Shown: positions 1-8,294, numbered from the stretch's first letter. The stretch is DNA of 24,000 nt from Miltoncostaeaceae bacterium (GCA_963760715.1 CAVXDY010000007.1:220968-244967); one strand, 5' to 3'. The notes: generated by a model from the sequence alone, not told the origin. A program made the numbers and translations.

Positions 1-1
1 G

Positions 2-79
2 AGCCCGCCGGGCGAGGGGCTGGGAAAGCGCGCGGCCGTGGAGATGTACGACGTCGCGGTGGATCTCCGGGCCACATAG
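2..79 (+). CDS. 3' end of an unidentified CDS entering from upstream of the window
   Basis: The frame is open from the window edge to TAG at 77-79. By my count 22 of 25 third-codon positions are G/C, as in the confirmed genes here. The 25 residues (..GEGLGKRAAVEMYDVAVDLRAT) contain no recognisable domain. Confidence 0.3.
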   Translation, partial: SPPGEGLGKRAAVEMYDVAVDLRAT

Positions 80-120
80 CCCTCGAGAACTCGATTGGAC
101 CGCCGTCGGGAGCGGGGGGT

Positions 121-148
121 AAGGTGATCCCGCTGCCCGGATCACCTT
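121..148 (+). terminator. Hairpin (10-bp stem, 8-nt loop) downstream of the partial CDS; possible intrinsic terminator
   Basis: aaggtgatcc (121-130) is the exact reverse complement of ggatcacctt (139-148), with loop cgctgccc. It lies about 40 nt after the TAG at 77-79. No real U-tract follows. Confidence 0.3.
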
Positions 149-249
149 CGGTCTGAGCCGCGCCCATCCGCACCGCGAGGCACGGAAGCGTTCATGGCGG
201 CGCCCGGAGGGACCGCGTCTCTGCCTCGTTCGTGACACGGAGACGTGAG

Positions 250-594
250 ATGCCCCTCGATCGTGGCGCCCAGCCCTTCCAGGTGCGCACCGAGGAACGC
301 GACGGTCACCTGGTGCTGGCCATGTCGGGAGACCTGGCCCTCGAGACCGCCGCCGTCGTCATCGCGGCCCTCGATCGCGCCGGCGACGCGGTTCACCCCG
401 ACATCGTGCTGGACCTGCGCGCCCTGTCGTTCGTCGGCCCGGGCGCGCGCCGCGACCTCGTGACGGCGGAGGCCCTCGCAGGGGTCCGCGGCGCCGCGGC
501 GGCCGCCGGCGACTCCCCGCGGGCCCGGCGCCGCCGGCGCCTTCCGGCGCGCTGCCGCTCCCCGCGAGGCTGGACGACCCCCGAGATCGTCTGA
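250..594 (+). CDS. STAS-domain (anti-sigma-factor-antagonist-like) protein with a degenerate Arg-rich C-terminus
   Basis: The N-terminal two thirds (PFQVRTEERDGHLVLAMSGDLALETAAVVIAALDRAGDAVHPDIVLDLRALSFVG) match the SpoIIAA/RsbV-type STAS layout. ATG 250 is preceded by ggaga; the ORF track starts at GTG 232. The last ~45 residues are low-complexity Ala/Arg and do not look like the end of a STAS fold. Confidence 0.45.
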   Translation: MPLDRGAQPFQVRTEERDGHLVLAMSGDLALETAAVVIAALDRAGDAVHPDIVLDLRALSFVGPGARRDLVTAEALAGVRGAAAAAGDSPRARRRRRLPARCRSPRGWTTPEIV

Positions 595-602
595 CGGTAA
601 CG

Positions 603-1097
603 CTAGGGGTGGACCTCCGTGAGCCGGCCGGTGTCGACGTCGTAGAGGAAGCCCCGGACACCGTCGCCGTGCGGGATGAAGGGGGAGGAGCGAACCCGCC
701 GGATCGACTGGCGCAGGTTCTCCTCGCGGTGGGTGAACGACTCGATCGCGAAGGGCGGCGCCATCCCGCTGAGCTGCTGCAGCTCGGCGCGGAAGCTGTC
801 GTCGGTGACCTTCTCCAGCCCGCAGTCGGTGTGGTGGATCACCAGCACCTCGCGGGTGCCGAGGCGGAGCTGGGAGAGCGCGAGCGACCGGATCACGTCG
901 TCCGTGATCACGCCGCCCGCGTTGCGGATGACGTGCGCCTCGCCCAGCTCGAGGCCGAGGGCGGCGAAGACGTCCAGGCGCGAGTCCATGCAGGTGACGA
1001 CCGCGAGCCGGCGCGCGGGGTTGACGTCGATGTGCCCGTGATCGCGGCGGCGCGCGAACTCGTGGTTGTTGAGGATCAGCTCGTCGATGACGCCCAT
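603..1097 (-). CDS. Beta-class carbonic anhydrase
   Basis: 164 aa with the beta-CA zinc-ligand motifs VTCMDSR and IHHTDCG and the overall short mycobacterial-type beta-CA layout. It is convergent with the STAS ORF, with 8 nt between the stops. Confidence 0.93.
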   Translation of the reverse strand: MGVIDELILNNHEFARRRDHGHIDVNPARRLAVVTCMDSRLDVFAALGLELGEAHVIRNAGGVITDDVIRSLALSQLRLGTREVLVIHHTDCGLEKVTDDSFRAELQQLSGMAPPFAIESFTHREENLRQSIRRVRSSPFIPHGDGVRGFLYDVDTGRLTEVHP

Positions 1098-1293
1098 GCG
1101 CCCGCGACTCTACGATCCCGCGCCGGCGATTGCCGTGACGGACGGCCGGGAAGGGGCCGGGCGTGGGCCGCGGCAACGCTCTCAGGAAGATCTCAGGGCG
1201 CTCTTCGAATGCCATCAGGCCCGGCGCCTATCGTGGCCGGGCCGGAGCGCAACGACCAGCCGCGGGGATCCGCGAGGTGAGCGAGGAGCCGAG

Positions 1294-1948
1294 ATGACAC
1301 CGGAACGCACCCACGGCGTGCGCGAGGACGACGGTCACGACCACGACCGGGGGCTGTCCTTCGACGTGTCCACCCTGATGACCCGCCGCCGCGCCCTCCA
1401 GCTCCTGGCCATCGGCGGCCTGGCCACCGTCGTGGGCTGCGGCACGTCGTACGGCGACTCGGCGGCCACCACCGCGGGCTCATCCGCCTCGGGCTCCACC
1501 ACCGCCGCGGCCGATACGACCGCCGGCACGACGGCCGAGATCCCCGAGGAGACCGGCGGGCCGTACCCCGCCGACGGCTCCAACGGCGTCAACGTGCTCA
1601 CCGACAGCGGCATCGTCCGCAGCGACATCACCTCGAGCTTCGGCTCGGCCTCGGGCACGGCCGCCGGGGTGCCGCTGGCGATCGCCCTCACCGTCCTCGA
1701 CGTCTCCGCCGGCGGGACGCCCCTGAAGGGCGCGGCCGTCTACCTGTGGCACTGCAGCCGGGACGGCGAGTACTCGCTCTACTCCCCGGCCATCGCGAAC
1801 GAGAACTACCTGCGCGGGGTGCAGGAGTCGGACGCCGGCGGCCGCGTGAGCTTCTCGAGCATCTAGCGACGGCTACTCGACCCAGCTCGGCACCGTCACC
1901 GGGTCGGTCGGCTCGGGCTTGACCGTCGCGCTCAACGTGGGTGTCTGA
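1294..1948 (+). pseudogene. Tat-signal intradiol ring-cleavage dioxygenase-like protein, internally deleted and frame-broken
   Basis: ATG 1294 follows gaggag. It has a His/Asp-rich N-terminus, a twin-arginine signal (TRRRALQLLAIGGLATVVGC) and the family core EETGGPYPADGSNGVNVLTDSGIVRSDITSSFG...AAVYLWHCSRDGEYSLYS...YLRGVQESD. The frame stops at 1864-1866 right after SFSSI, before the expected iron-ligand segment. A different frame (1868-1948) then reads DGYSTQLGTVTGSVGSGLTVALNVGV*, which matches the remembered extreme C-terminus of this family. Confidence 0.65.
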
Positions 1949-1954
1949 GGAGAC

Positions 1955-2302
1955 CTACCTCGGGTCCATCCTCGCCGCGTAGGTCTGGACGGCGATCTTC
2001 CCGTCGCGGACCACGAAGGTGTTGACGCCGAGCGGGATGTCGAACGACGCGCACACCGCGTGCCAGGTGATGAAGGCGACCTCCCCCTCGACGTGCTCGG
2101 CGTCCATCGTGAACTCGTAGGTCCCCGGCGCGAAGAGGCCTCCGAAGAACGCCGTGAACGCCTCGCGCAGCGGCCCGAGGCCCCTGATCGTCCCGTCGGC
2201 CGTGATCAGCAGCGAGTCGTCGGTGTAGTCCTTCAGGATCTCGTTAACGTCGCCCGCGCCCAACGCGGCGAGGTGGTGGTGCAGGACGTCCTTGGTGGCC
2301 AT
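1955..2302 (-). CDS. SnoaL-like / NTF2-fold protein
   Basis: This 115-aa protein is the tail of the spurious 772-aa ORF: MATKDVLHHHLAALGAGDVNEILKDYTDDSLLITADGTIRG...VRDGKIAVQTYAA. That is the typical SnoaL_2/NTF2-like pattern. Its ATG lies 2 nt after the stop of the upstream hydrolase gene. Confidence 0.75.
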   Translation of the reverse strand: MATKDVLHHHLAALGAGDVNEILKDYTDDSLLITADGTIRGLGPLREAFTAFFGGLFAPGTYEFTMDAEHVEGEVAFITWHAVCASFDIPLGVNTFVVRDGKIAVQTYAARMDPR

Positions 2303-2304
2303 GC

Positions 2305-3204
2305 TCACGCTCCCAGTAGGTGCTCGGTGAACCAGCCCGCCGCCGCGCCGGAGGCATCGTCGAAGGCCGCCACGTAGGCGTCGAAGTGTCCCTCGGGCAG
2401 GATCACCAGCTTCTTCGGCTCGCGCGCCTGCTCGAAGGCCTCGATCGCGAGGTCGGACACGGTCAGGTGATCCTTGGCCGCCACCACCATGAGCAGCGGC
2501 GTGGGCGACACGTACTGGATGTAGGCCCCGGGCTCGTACTCCCAGAACATCTCCACGCTCCGGAGCGTCACCTCGTTGCGCCACGAGGGCGCACGCGTCG
2601 CGCCCGTCTCGGTGAACCAGGTGTAGGAGTCCGCGGTCGGCAGGGACGAGGGCGCCATGGGGTCCTCGTCCACCACCGGGATCATCGCCGGCGGCTGCCC
2701 CGCGTAGCGGTTGGCGCGATCCTCGTCGAACATCGCGCCCACCGCGGCGATGAAGTCCGATCTCACGATGCGCCGGGCGTTGCGATGGCCGCTGATGAGG
2801 GGCACCTGGCACGCCACGCACTTCACCCGCCGGTCCATGGCCCCGACCACCAGCACGTGCCCGCCCGAGTAGCTGGAGCCCCAGATGCCGATGCGGTCGG
2901 CATCGACCTCGGGCAGCGTGCAGGCGTAGCTGATCGCGTGGCGGTAGTCGCGGACCTGCTCCCAGGGGTCGATCTCCAGCCGGGGCTCGCCGTCGCTCGC
3001 GCCGAAGTTGCGGTTGTCGAAGACGATCGCCCCCAGGCCGGCGGCGGCGAACACCTCCGCGAACCGGTCGAGGTACATCTCCTTGACGGCGGAGAAGCCG
3101 TGGGCCATCACGATCGTCGGGACCGGCCCCGCCGCTCCGTCGGGGACGTAGTGCCAGCCCCTCAGAGTCACGCCCTCGGCATCGAACTCGATGTCGCTTC
3201 GCAC
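2305..3204 (-). CDS. Alpha/beta-fold hydrolase
   Basis: 299 aa with an oxyanion-type MAHGFS segment, the nucleophile elbow IWGSSYSGGH and a C-terminal EGHFD histidine motif. The start is GTG 3204, preceded by ggaaggaga. It begins 57 nt downstream of the hypF stop on the same strand. Confidence 0.85.
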   Translation of the reverse strand: MRSDIEFDAEGVTLRGWHYVPDGAAGPVPTIVMAHGFSAVKEMYLDRFAEVFAAAGLGAIVFDNRNFGASDGEPRLEIDPWEQVRDYRHAISYACTLPEVDADRIGIWGSSYSGGHVLVVGAMDRRVKCVACQVPLISGHRNARRIVRSDFIAAVGAMFDEDRANRYAGQPPAMIPVVDEDPMAPSSLPTADSYTWFTETGATRAPSWRNEVTLRSVEMFWEYEPGAYIQYVSPTPLLMVVAAKDHLTVSDLAIEAFEQAREPKKLVILPEGHFDAYVAAFDDASGAAAGWFTEHLLGA

Positions 3205-3261
3205 GTCGTCTCCTTCCCCGGGTGGGATCCGTCCTACCCGACGACCCTATGGTCGACGGCG

Positions 3262-5538
3262 TCACACGTGCACGACCTTTTCGCCGGAACCCACTACCAT
3301 CGCCGCGACGGCCGCCTGCCCGTAGGAGATGCCGCCGTCGTTGGGCGGCAGGCGCTCCGGGATCAGCACGCGCAGGCCGGCGCGCTCCAGCCGGGCCGCC
3401 GTGACGGTCAGCAGCCGCCGGTTCTGGAAGACGCCGCCGCTGAGGACGACCAGGCCGGTGCCCGCGTCCTCCGCCGCCCGCTCGCAGGCCGCGGCCACCG
3501 CGGCCGCGAGGCCGTCGTGGACGCGCGCCGCCACCACGCCCACCGCGACCCCCAGCGCCAGCTCCCGGACCGCGGCGAGGATCGCCTCGCGGGGGTCCAG
3601 GCCGTCCATGGGGTAGGCGCCGTGCGCGTCCGGGGCGCACGCGGCCTCCAGCTCGATCGCCGCCTGCCCCTCGTACGTCACCCGCGCGCGCAGGCCGCAG
3701 ATGGCCGAGACGGCGTCGAGCAGGCGGCCCGCGCTGGTGGTGAGCGGCGAGCGCTCGGAGCCCGCCACCCGCGCCACCGCGCTCCAGGTCTCGGGGGCGA
3801 CCCGGCCGGCGATGCCCGCGGGGATCGCCGGCTCGCGTTCCCCGCTCGCCTCGGCCAGCCAGGCGCACGCCATCCGCCAGGGCTCCCGGATGGCCGCCTC
3901 GCCGCCGGGCATGCGCACCGGCCGCAGGTGCGCGGCGCGCCGCGCGTCCCGCAGGCCCCCCACCAGGATCTCGCCGCCCCAGATCGTGCCGTCGGTGCCG
4001 TAGCCGGTGCCGTCGAGGATCGCCCCCACGGCGGGGCCCTGCTCGCCCCACTCGGCGAGGCAGGCCGCCAGATGGGCGTGGTGGTGTTGCACCGCGAGCG
4101 TCTCCACCCCCTCGCGCTCGAGGGCGTAGCCGGTGGAGAGGTAGCCCGGGTGGAGGTCGTGGGCGACCACCTCCGGCCTCACCGCGAAGAGGCGCTCCAG
4201 GTGGCCGGCCGACTCGCGGAAGGCGCGCAGCGTCTCCCAATCCTCGAGATCGCCGATGTGGTGGCCCACCCATGCGCGGCGCCCCTTGGCCACGCAGGCC
4301 GTGCTCTTGAGCTGCGCGCCGCAGGCCAGCAGCGGCCGCTCGGCCGGGACCGGGAGCGCCAGGCTCGCCGGCACCCAGCCGCGGGACCGCCGCATCAGGA
4401 GGGGCCGCCGCCCGGGGACCGCGCGCACGACCGAATCGTCGACGCGCGTATGGATGGGGCGGTCGTGCAGCAGCAGCAGGTCGGCGATCGACCCCAGGCG
4501 CTCCCGGGCGTCGTCATCGCGGTGCGCGATGGGCTCGTCGGAGAGGTTGCCGCTGGTCATCACCAGCGGGGCGCCGGCGTCCCCCAGGAGCAGATGGTGG
4601 AGCGGGGAGTAGGGGAGCATCACCCCGAGATCGGCCGAGCGCGGCGCCACCGACGGCGCGACCGCCACCGCGGCGCGCCGGCGCGCCAGCACGATCGGGC
4701 GCTCGCGCCCGGCCAGCAGCTCCTCCTCCCCGGGGCTCAGCCTGACGAGCAGCCGGGCCGCGGCGGCGTCGGGGACCATCACCGCGAAGGGCTTCTCCTC
4801 GCGGCGCTTGCGGCCGCGCAGCCGCGCGACGGCCTCCTCGTCGCCGGCCAGGCAGGCCAGGTGGAAGCCGCCGATGCCCTTCACGGCCACGATCCGGCCG
4901 CCGAGCAGGGCCGCCGCCGCCGCGGCCACGGGGTCACCGGGGACGGCGCCCCCGCCCGGGTCCACCAGGCGGGCCGACGGGCCGCAGGCCGGGCAGGCGA
5001 TCGGCTCGGCGTGGAAGCGGCGGTCCGAGGGGTCCTCGTACTCGGCGCGGCAGAGGTCGCACATGGCGAAGCCCGCCATCGTCGTGCGGCCCCGGTCGTA
5101 GGGGACGCCGGTCACGATCGTGTACCGGGGGCCGCAGGCCGTGCAGTTGATGAACGGGTAGCGGTGCCGGCGGTCCGCCGGGTCGCGCAGCTCGGCCAGG
5201 CAGTCGGCGCAGGTGGCGACGTCGGGCGCGACGGCCGCGGAGGGCTCGCCGGCGCCGTCGCTCAGGAGGATCGCGAAACCCCGCTCGCCCATGGGGGCGA
5301 GCTCCTCGGGCACGAGGCGCTCGATGCTGGCGAGGGGCGGCGCCTCGGCCCGCAGGCGCTCCAGGAAGCGCTCCACCGCCGCGGGCGGCGCCTCCACCTC
5401 GAGCAGCACGCCGGCCGCGTCGTTCAGGACGAACCCCGCGAGGCCGAGGTCGGTGGCGAGCCGGTGCACGTGCGGGCGGAACCCGACCCCCTGAACCACC
5501 CCCTCCACCCGGACGCGGACACGCCGGGGGTCCGTCAC
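3262..5538 (-). CDS. hypF: [NiFe]-hydrogenase maturation carbamoyltransferase HypF
   Basis: 758 aa with an N-terminal acylphosphatase domain (VRVRVEGVVQGVGFRPHV). Two zinc-finger pairs are present (CADCLAELRDPADRRHRYPFINCTACGPRYT and CDLCRAEYEDPSDRRFHAEPIACPACGP), followed by YrdC-like and Kae1-like halves. The GTG start overlaps the upstream stop (GTGA). Confidence 0.97.
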   Translation of the reverse strand: MTDPRRVRVRVEGVVQGVGFRPHVHRLATDLGLAGFVLNDAAGVLLEVEAPPAAVERFLERLRAEAPPLASIERLVPEELAPMGERGFAILLSDGAGEPSAAVAPDVATCADCLAELRDPADRRHRYPFINCTACGPRYTIVTGVPYDRGRTTMAGFAMCDLCRAEYEDPSDRRFHAEPIACPACGPSARLVDPGGGAVPGDPVAAAAAALLGGRIVAVKGIGGFHLACLAGDEEAVARLRGRKRREEKPFAVMVPDAAAARLLVRLSPGEEELLAGRERPIVLARRRAAVAVAPSVAPRSADLGVMLPYSPLHHLLLGDAGAPLVMTSGNLSDEPIAHRDDDARERLGSIADLLLLHDRPIHTRVDDSVVRAVPGRRPLLMRRSRGWVPASLALPVPAERPLLACGAQLKSTACVAKGRRAWVGHHIGDLEDWETLRAFRESAGHLERLFAVRPEVVAHDLHPGYLSTGYALEREGVETLAVQHHHAHLAACLAEWGEQGPAVGAILDGTGYGTDGTIWGGEILVGGLRDARRAAHLRPVRMPGGEAAIREPWRMACAWLAEASGEREPAIPAGIAGRVAPETWSAVARVAGSERSPLTTSAGRLLDAVSAICGLRARVTYEGQAAIELEAACAPDAHGAYPMDGLDPREAILAAVRELALGVAVGVVAARVHDGLAAAVAAACERAAEDAGTGLVVLSGGVFQNRRLLTVTAARLERAGLRVLIPERLPPNDGGISYGQAAVAAMVVGSGEKVVHV

Positions 5539-6749
5539 GGCACCGCGTGCTCGACGAGCTCCCTCAGGACGTGCCAGGCGCTCCCCTGGGCCTCCTGGAT
5601 CCGGGGGATGTGCTCCGAGCGGGTCACCACCACGTGGTCGGCCAGCCCCTCGTGGGCCACCCGCCCCCCGTCATAGCCCACCATCGCCACCGTGAGCAGC
5701 CCGCGGCGGCGCGCCTCGGCGAGGGCCGCGATGACGTTGCCCGAGTTGCCGCTCGTGGAGAGCGCGAGCACGGCGTCCCCGGGGCGGCCGTGGGCGATGA
5801 CCTGGCGGGCGAAGATCGCCTCCACGCCCACGTCGTTGGCGATCGCGGTGATGATGGAGGGGTCCTCGGCCAGGTCGAGCGCGGGGCGGGCCGGCCAGCC
5901 CTGCGGGGACGCGCGCAGGTCGGCCACCGCATCCTGGGCGTCGGTCGCCGAGCCGCCGTTGCCCAGCGCCAGCAGCGCCCCGCCGCCCTCGAAGCACGCG
6001 CGCAGCCCGGCGGCGGCGGCCACCAGCTCGTCGCGGTTCTCGAGCAGCGTCTGAGCGCGCAGCGCGGCCACCTCCTCGGCCTTCATCAGCACCGAGGCGC
6101 GGACGTCCTCGACGACGGCCTCCAGGTCGTGCTGCTCCTCGGCCAGGAAGGGGTAGAGGAACGCGGACCCGCCGGAGTCGTGGGACGCCCGGGGCTCCCG
6201 GCCCTCCAGCAGGCCGCGGTGCTCGAAGAACACGTGCACGAGCTCCCAGAGCACGTGGTAGAGCGTCTCGGCCAGCTCCTGGCGCACGAAGGGGTCGGCC
6301 TCCCGCGGGGTCAGCTCCCAGCGCGCGCCGGCGTCCCAGAGCGCGATCGTGAGGCAGCCGCGCTCGGTCGCCACGGCGAGCGCCGCCTCCGCGTCGGGGT
6401 CGCGGCGGTCCGTGCCGACCGCGATCACCACGTCCTCGGGCCGGGCGAGCCCGGCCAGCGCGCCGGCGGCCCCGGGGTCGGTGAGCGCGATCGCCGGCAG
6501 CGCGCGCTTGCCCACGATCACGGGGTGCACGAACTCCACCGCCACGTGGCGGGCGTCCGAGCGCGCGCCGGGCGAGCCCCCCACGGCGATCAGCCGGCCG
6601 CCGCGGCCGAACCGCTCCGCCATGGCGTGGCACAGGCGCGCGATGCGCCCCGCCTCGGCCCCGAAGAAGCGCTCGTTCGCCAGCGTGCGACTCTCCAGCA
6701 GGCCCTCCAGCCGGCGCCCGAGGGCCGCGGTGGGGGCCGAGGAGCTCAC
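5535..6749 (-). CDS. Tandem SIS-domain (GmhA/DiaA-like sugar-phosphate isomerase-fold) protein
   Basis: 404 aa from GTG 6749, which overlaps the hypB stop (GTGA). The C-terminal half is a canonical SIS domain (LALGNGGSATDAQD...LSTSGNSGNV...VGYDGG...IPRIQEAQ...H). The N-terminal half is a divergent second copy (LIAVGGSPGARSDARHVAVEF...). The ORF-track N-terminus (7139) runs antisense/out of frame through hypB and is rejected. Confidence 0.85.
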   Translation of the reverse strand: MSSSAPTAALGRRLEGLLESRTLANERFFGAEAGRIARLCHAMAERFGRGGRLIAVGGSPGARSDARHVAVEFVHPVIVGKRALPAIALTDPGAAGALAGLARPEDVVIAVGTDRRDPDAEAALAVATERGCLTIALWDAGARWELTPREADPFVRQELAETLYHVLWELVHVFFEHRGLLEGREPRASHDSGGSAFLYPFLAEEQHDLEAVVEDVRASVLMKAEEVAALRAQTLLENRDELVAAAAGLRACFEGGGALLALGNGGSATDAQDAVADLRASPQGWPARPALDLAEDPSIITAIANDVGVEAIFARQVIAHGRPGDAVLALSTSGNSGNVIAALAEARRRGLLTVAMVGYDGGRVAHEGLADHVVVTRSEHIPRIQEAQGSAWHVLRELVEHAVP

Positions 6750-7426
6750 GTCGCGACCCTCTCCCGGGCCGCCACCCCCACCAGCCAGTCGCGCAGCGCG
6801 TCGACGCCCTCGCCGGTGCGCGCGCTGGTCAGCAGCCGCGGAACGTCCGGGTTGACCGCGTCGATGTTCCCGAGCAGCAGGCCGAGGTCGACGTCGAGGT
6901 GCGGCAGCAGGTCGATCTTGTTGATGATCACCAGCTCGCAGGCGCGGAACATGAGCGGGTACTTCAGCGGCTTGTCCTCGCCCTCGGTGATCGAGCAGAC
7001 CATCGCCCGGGCGTCCTCGCCCACCCGGAACTCGGCCGGGCACACCAGGTTGCCCACGTTCTCGATCACGAGCAGGTCGATCTCGTCCAGGGGCACCTCG
7101 GGCAGCGCCGAGCGCACCATGTTGGCGTCGAGATGGCACTCGCCGCCGAACCCCTGATCCGTGTTGAGCTGGGTCACGGGCACGTGCAGCCGCGAGAGGC
7201 GGTCGGCGTCGAGGCTGCCGGCCACGTCGCCCTCGAGCACGCCCACCCGCACGCCCGGGAGCCCGGGGAGCGCGCGCTCCAGCAGGGTCGTCTTGCCCGC
7301 CCCGGGCGCGCTCATCAGGTTGACCACCGCCACGCCGGCACGGTCGAAGTCGGCGCGGTTGGCCATCGCGATGGTGTCGTTGGCGTCGAGCGCGGACTCG
7401 ACGACCCTCACCCGGGTGCGGTGCAC
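6746..7426 (-). CDS. hypB: Hydrogenase nickel-incorporation GTPase HypB
   Basis: It has the P-loop MSAPGAGKTTLL, the metal-site ENVGNLVCPA, the NKID guanine-specificity motif and the LDANDTIAMANR lead-in. I placed the start at GTG 7426, 5 nt after gaggaggag. GTG 7411 (a GTGA overlap with hypA) is an equally possible alternative. There is no His-rich or CxxCGC N-terminus. Confidence 0.93.
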   Translation of the reverse strand: MHRTRVRVVESALDANDTIAMANRADFDRAGVAVVNLMSAPGAGKTTLLERALPGLPGVRVGVLEGDVAGSLDADRLSRLHVPVTQLNTDQGFGGECHLDANMVRSALPEVPLDEIDLLVIENVGNLVCPAEFRVGEDARAMVCSITEGEDKPLKYPLMFRACELVIINKIDLLPHLDVDLGLLLGNIDAVNPDVPRLLTSARTGEGVDALRDWLVGVAARERVAT

Positions 7427-7767
7427 GGCTGCTCCTCCTCGACCTCGATGGACTCGACCTCGAGCTCCTCGCCCCTCACCGCCGCGACGTCGCCGCCCGC
7501 GCACTCCGGGCACCGGAACGGCGGCTCCCGGATCTCCCACTCGTGCCCGCATCCGGTGCAGCGCAGGACCGCGGGGACGACCTCGATCTCGAGCCGTGCG
7601 CCCTCGCAGACGGACTCGCGCGCGACCATCCCGAAGCAGAACTCGAGCGAATCCGGGACCACCTGCCGGAGACGACCGACCCGGACGCGGACGCTCGTGA
7701 CCGCTCTCCCGCCCGCGTGCCGCTCCACCGTCGCGACGATCGCGCCGGCGATCGAGAGCTCGTGCAT
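7408..7767 (-). CDS. hypA: Hydrogenase nickel-insertion protein HypA
   Basis: 119 aa with the N-terminal MHE nickel motif (MHELSIA) and zinc-site CxxC pairs (CTGCG...CPEC). Confidence 0.93.
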   Translation of the reverse strand: MHELSIAGAIVATVERHAGGRAVTSVRVRVGRLRQVVPDSLEFCFGMVARESVCEGARLEIEVVPAVLRCTGCGHEWEIREPPFRCPECAGGDVAAVRGEELEVESIEVEEEQPCTAPG

Positions 7768-8294
7768 CAGGCCGCGCGCAGCTCGTCGAGGGTATCCGCG
7801 ACGAGCCCGACCGCCTGCTCCACGGCCGCCTCGACGGCGGGGGAGAGCCCGATGCCGAAGTCCTCGATCTCCGCCGGCTCACAGGCGACCACGATCACCC
7901 TGCCGGGCCAGCCGTTCACGGACTTGACGAACCGCAGCACGGTCTGGGGATCCATGTCGTGCGGATCCAGCATGTCGCCGTCCTCGATCCCGGCCTCGAT
8001 CGACTCGGGGTCGGCCTCCATCACGTAGAGCGTCCCGGGGTCGCCCCCCTGCCGGCTGATGTCCACGAGCACCAGGGCGTCGTAGCCGCGCATCACCTCG
8101 TAGGCGAGGTCGAGGCCGCCGGTGCCGAAGTCCGCCACCTCGACGCCCTGCGGAAGCTCGCGCTCCCGCAGGCGCTTGGCGACGGCGCCGCCGAAGCCGT
8201 CGTCGCGGCGCCAGAGGTTCCCCACCGCCGCGACGAGGATGTTCCGGTGGCCGACCGTGGGGGGCATCTCGTCCCTCGTCCCCTGCTCGCTCAT
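7767..8294 (-). CDS. [NiFe]-hydrogenase maturation endopeptidase (HybD/HupD family)
   Basis: 175 aa from ATG 8294, which overlaps the upstream stop (ATGA). Motifs are ILVAAVGNLWRRDDGFG, DALVLVD and LDPHDMDP, the Glu/Asp/His metal-ligand pattern of the family. The rest of the 534-aa ORF-track entry is spurious. Confidence 0.9.
   Translation of the reverse strand: MSEQGTRDEMPPTVGHRNILVAAVGNLWRRDDGFGGAVAKRLRERELPQGVEVADFGTGGLDLAYEVMRGYDALVLVDISRQGGDPGTLYVMEADPESIEAGIEDGDMLDPHDMDPQTVLRFVKSVNGWPGRVIVVACEPAEIEDFGIGLSPAVEAAVEQAVGLVADTLDELRAA

Noticed and set aside
121-148. Hairpin arms resemble the Shine-Dalgarno / 16S 3'-end sequence (aaggtgatcc / ggatcacctt), suggesting an rRNA fragment or a sequestered RBS
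   Set aside because: No start codon lies at a suitable distance on either strand and there is no further rRNA similarity. I treated it simply as a possible terminator hairpin.
142-1215. 357-aa minus-strand ORF spanning the STAS and carbonic anhydrase region
   Set aside because: It is in the wrong frame relative to the motif-bearing beta-carbonic anhydrase ORF (603-1097) and is an Arg/Pro/Gly-rich translation with no domain.
1955-4273. 772-aa minus-strand ORF
   Set aside because: Only its last 115 codons (the SnoaL-like protein from ATG 2302) look like protein. The rest runs out of frame through the hydrolase and hypF and is Arg/Gly low-complexity.
2320-5676. 1118-aa plus-strand ORF, the longest in the track
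   Set aside because: It is antisense to hypF, the hydrolase and the SIS gene. Its composition is Arg/Gly/Ala/Pro-rich with no motifs. It is the expected shadow ORF of very G+C-rich DNA, where stop codons are rare in all frames.
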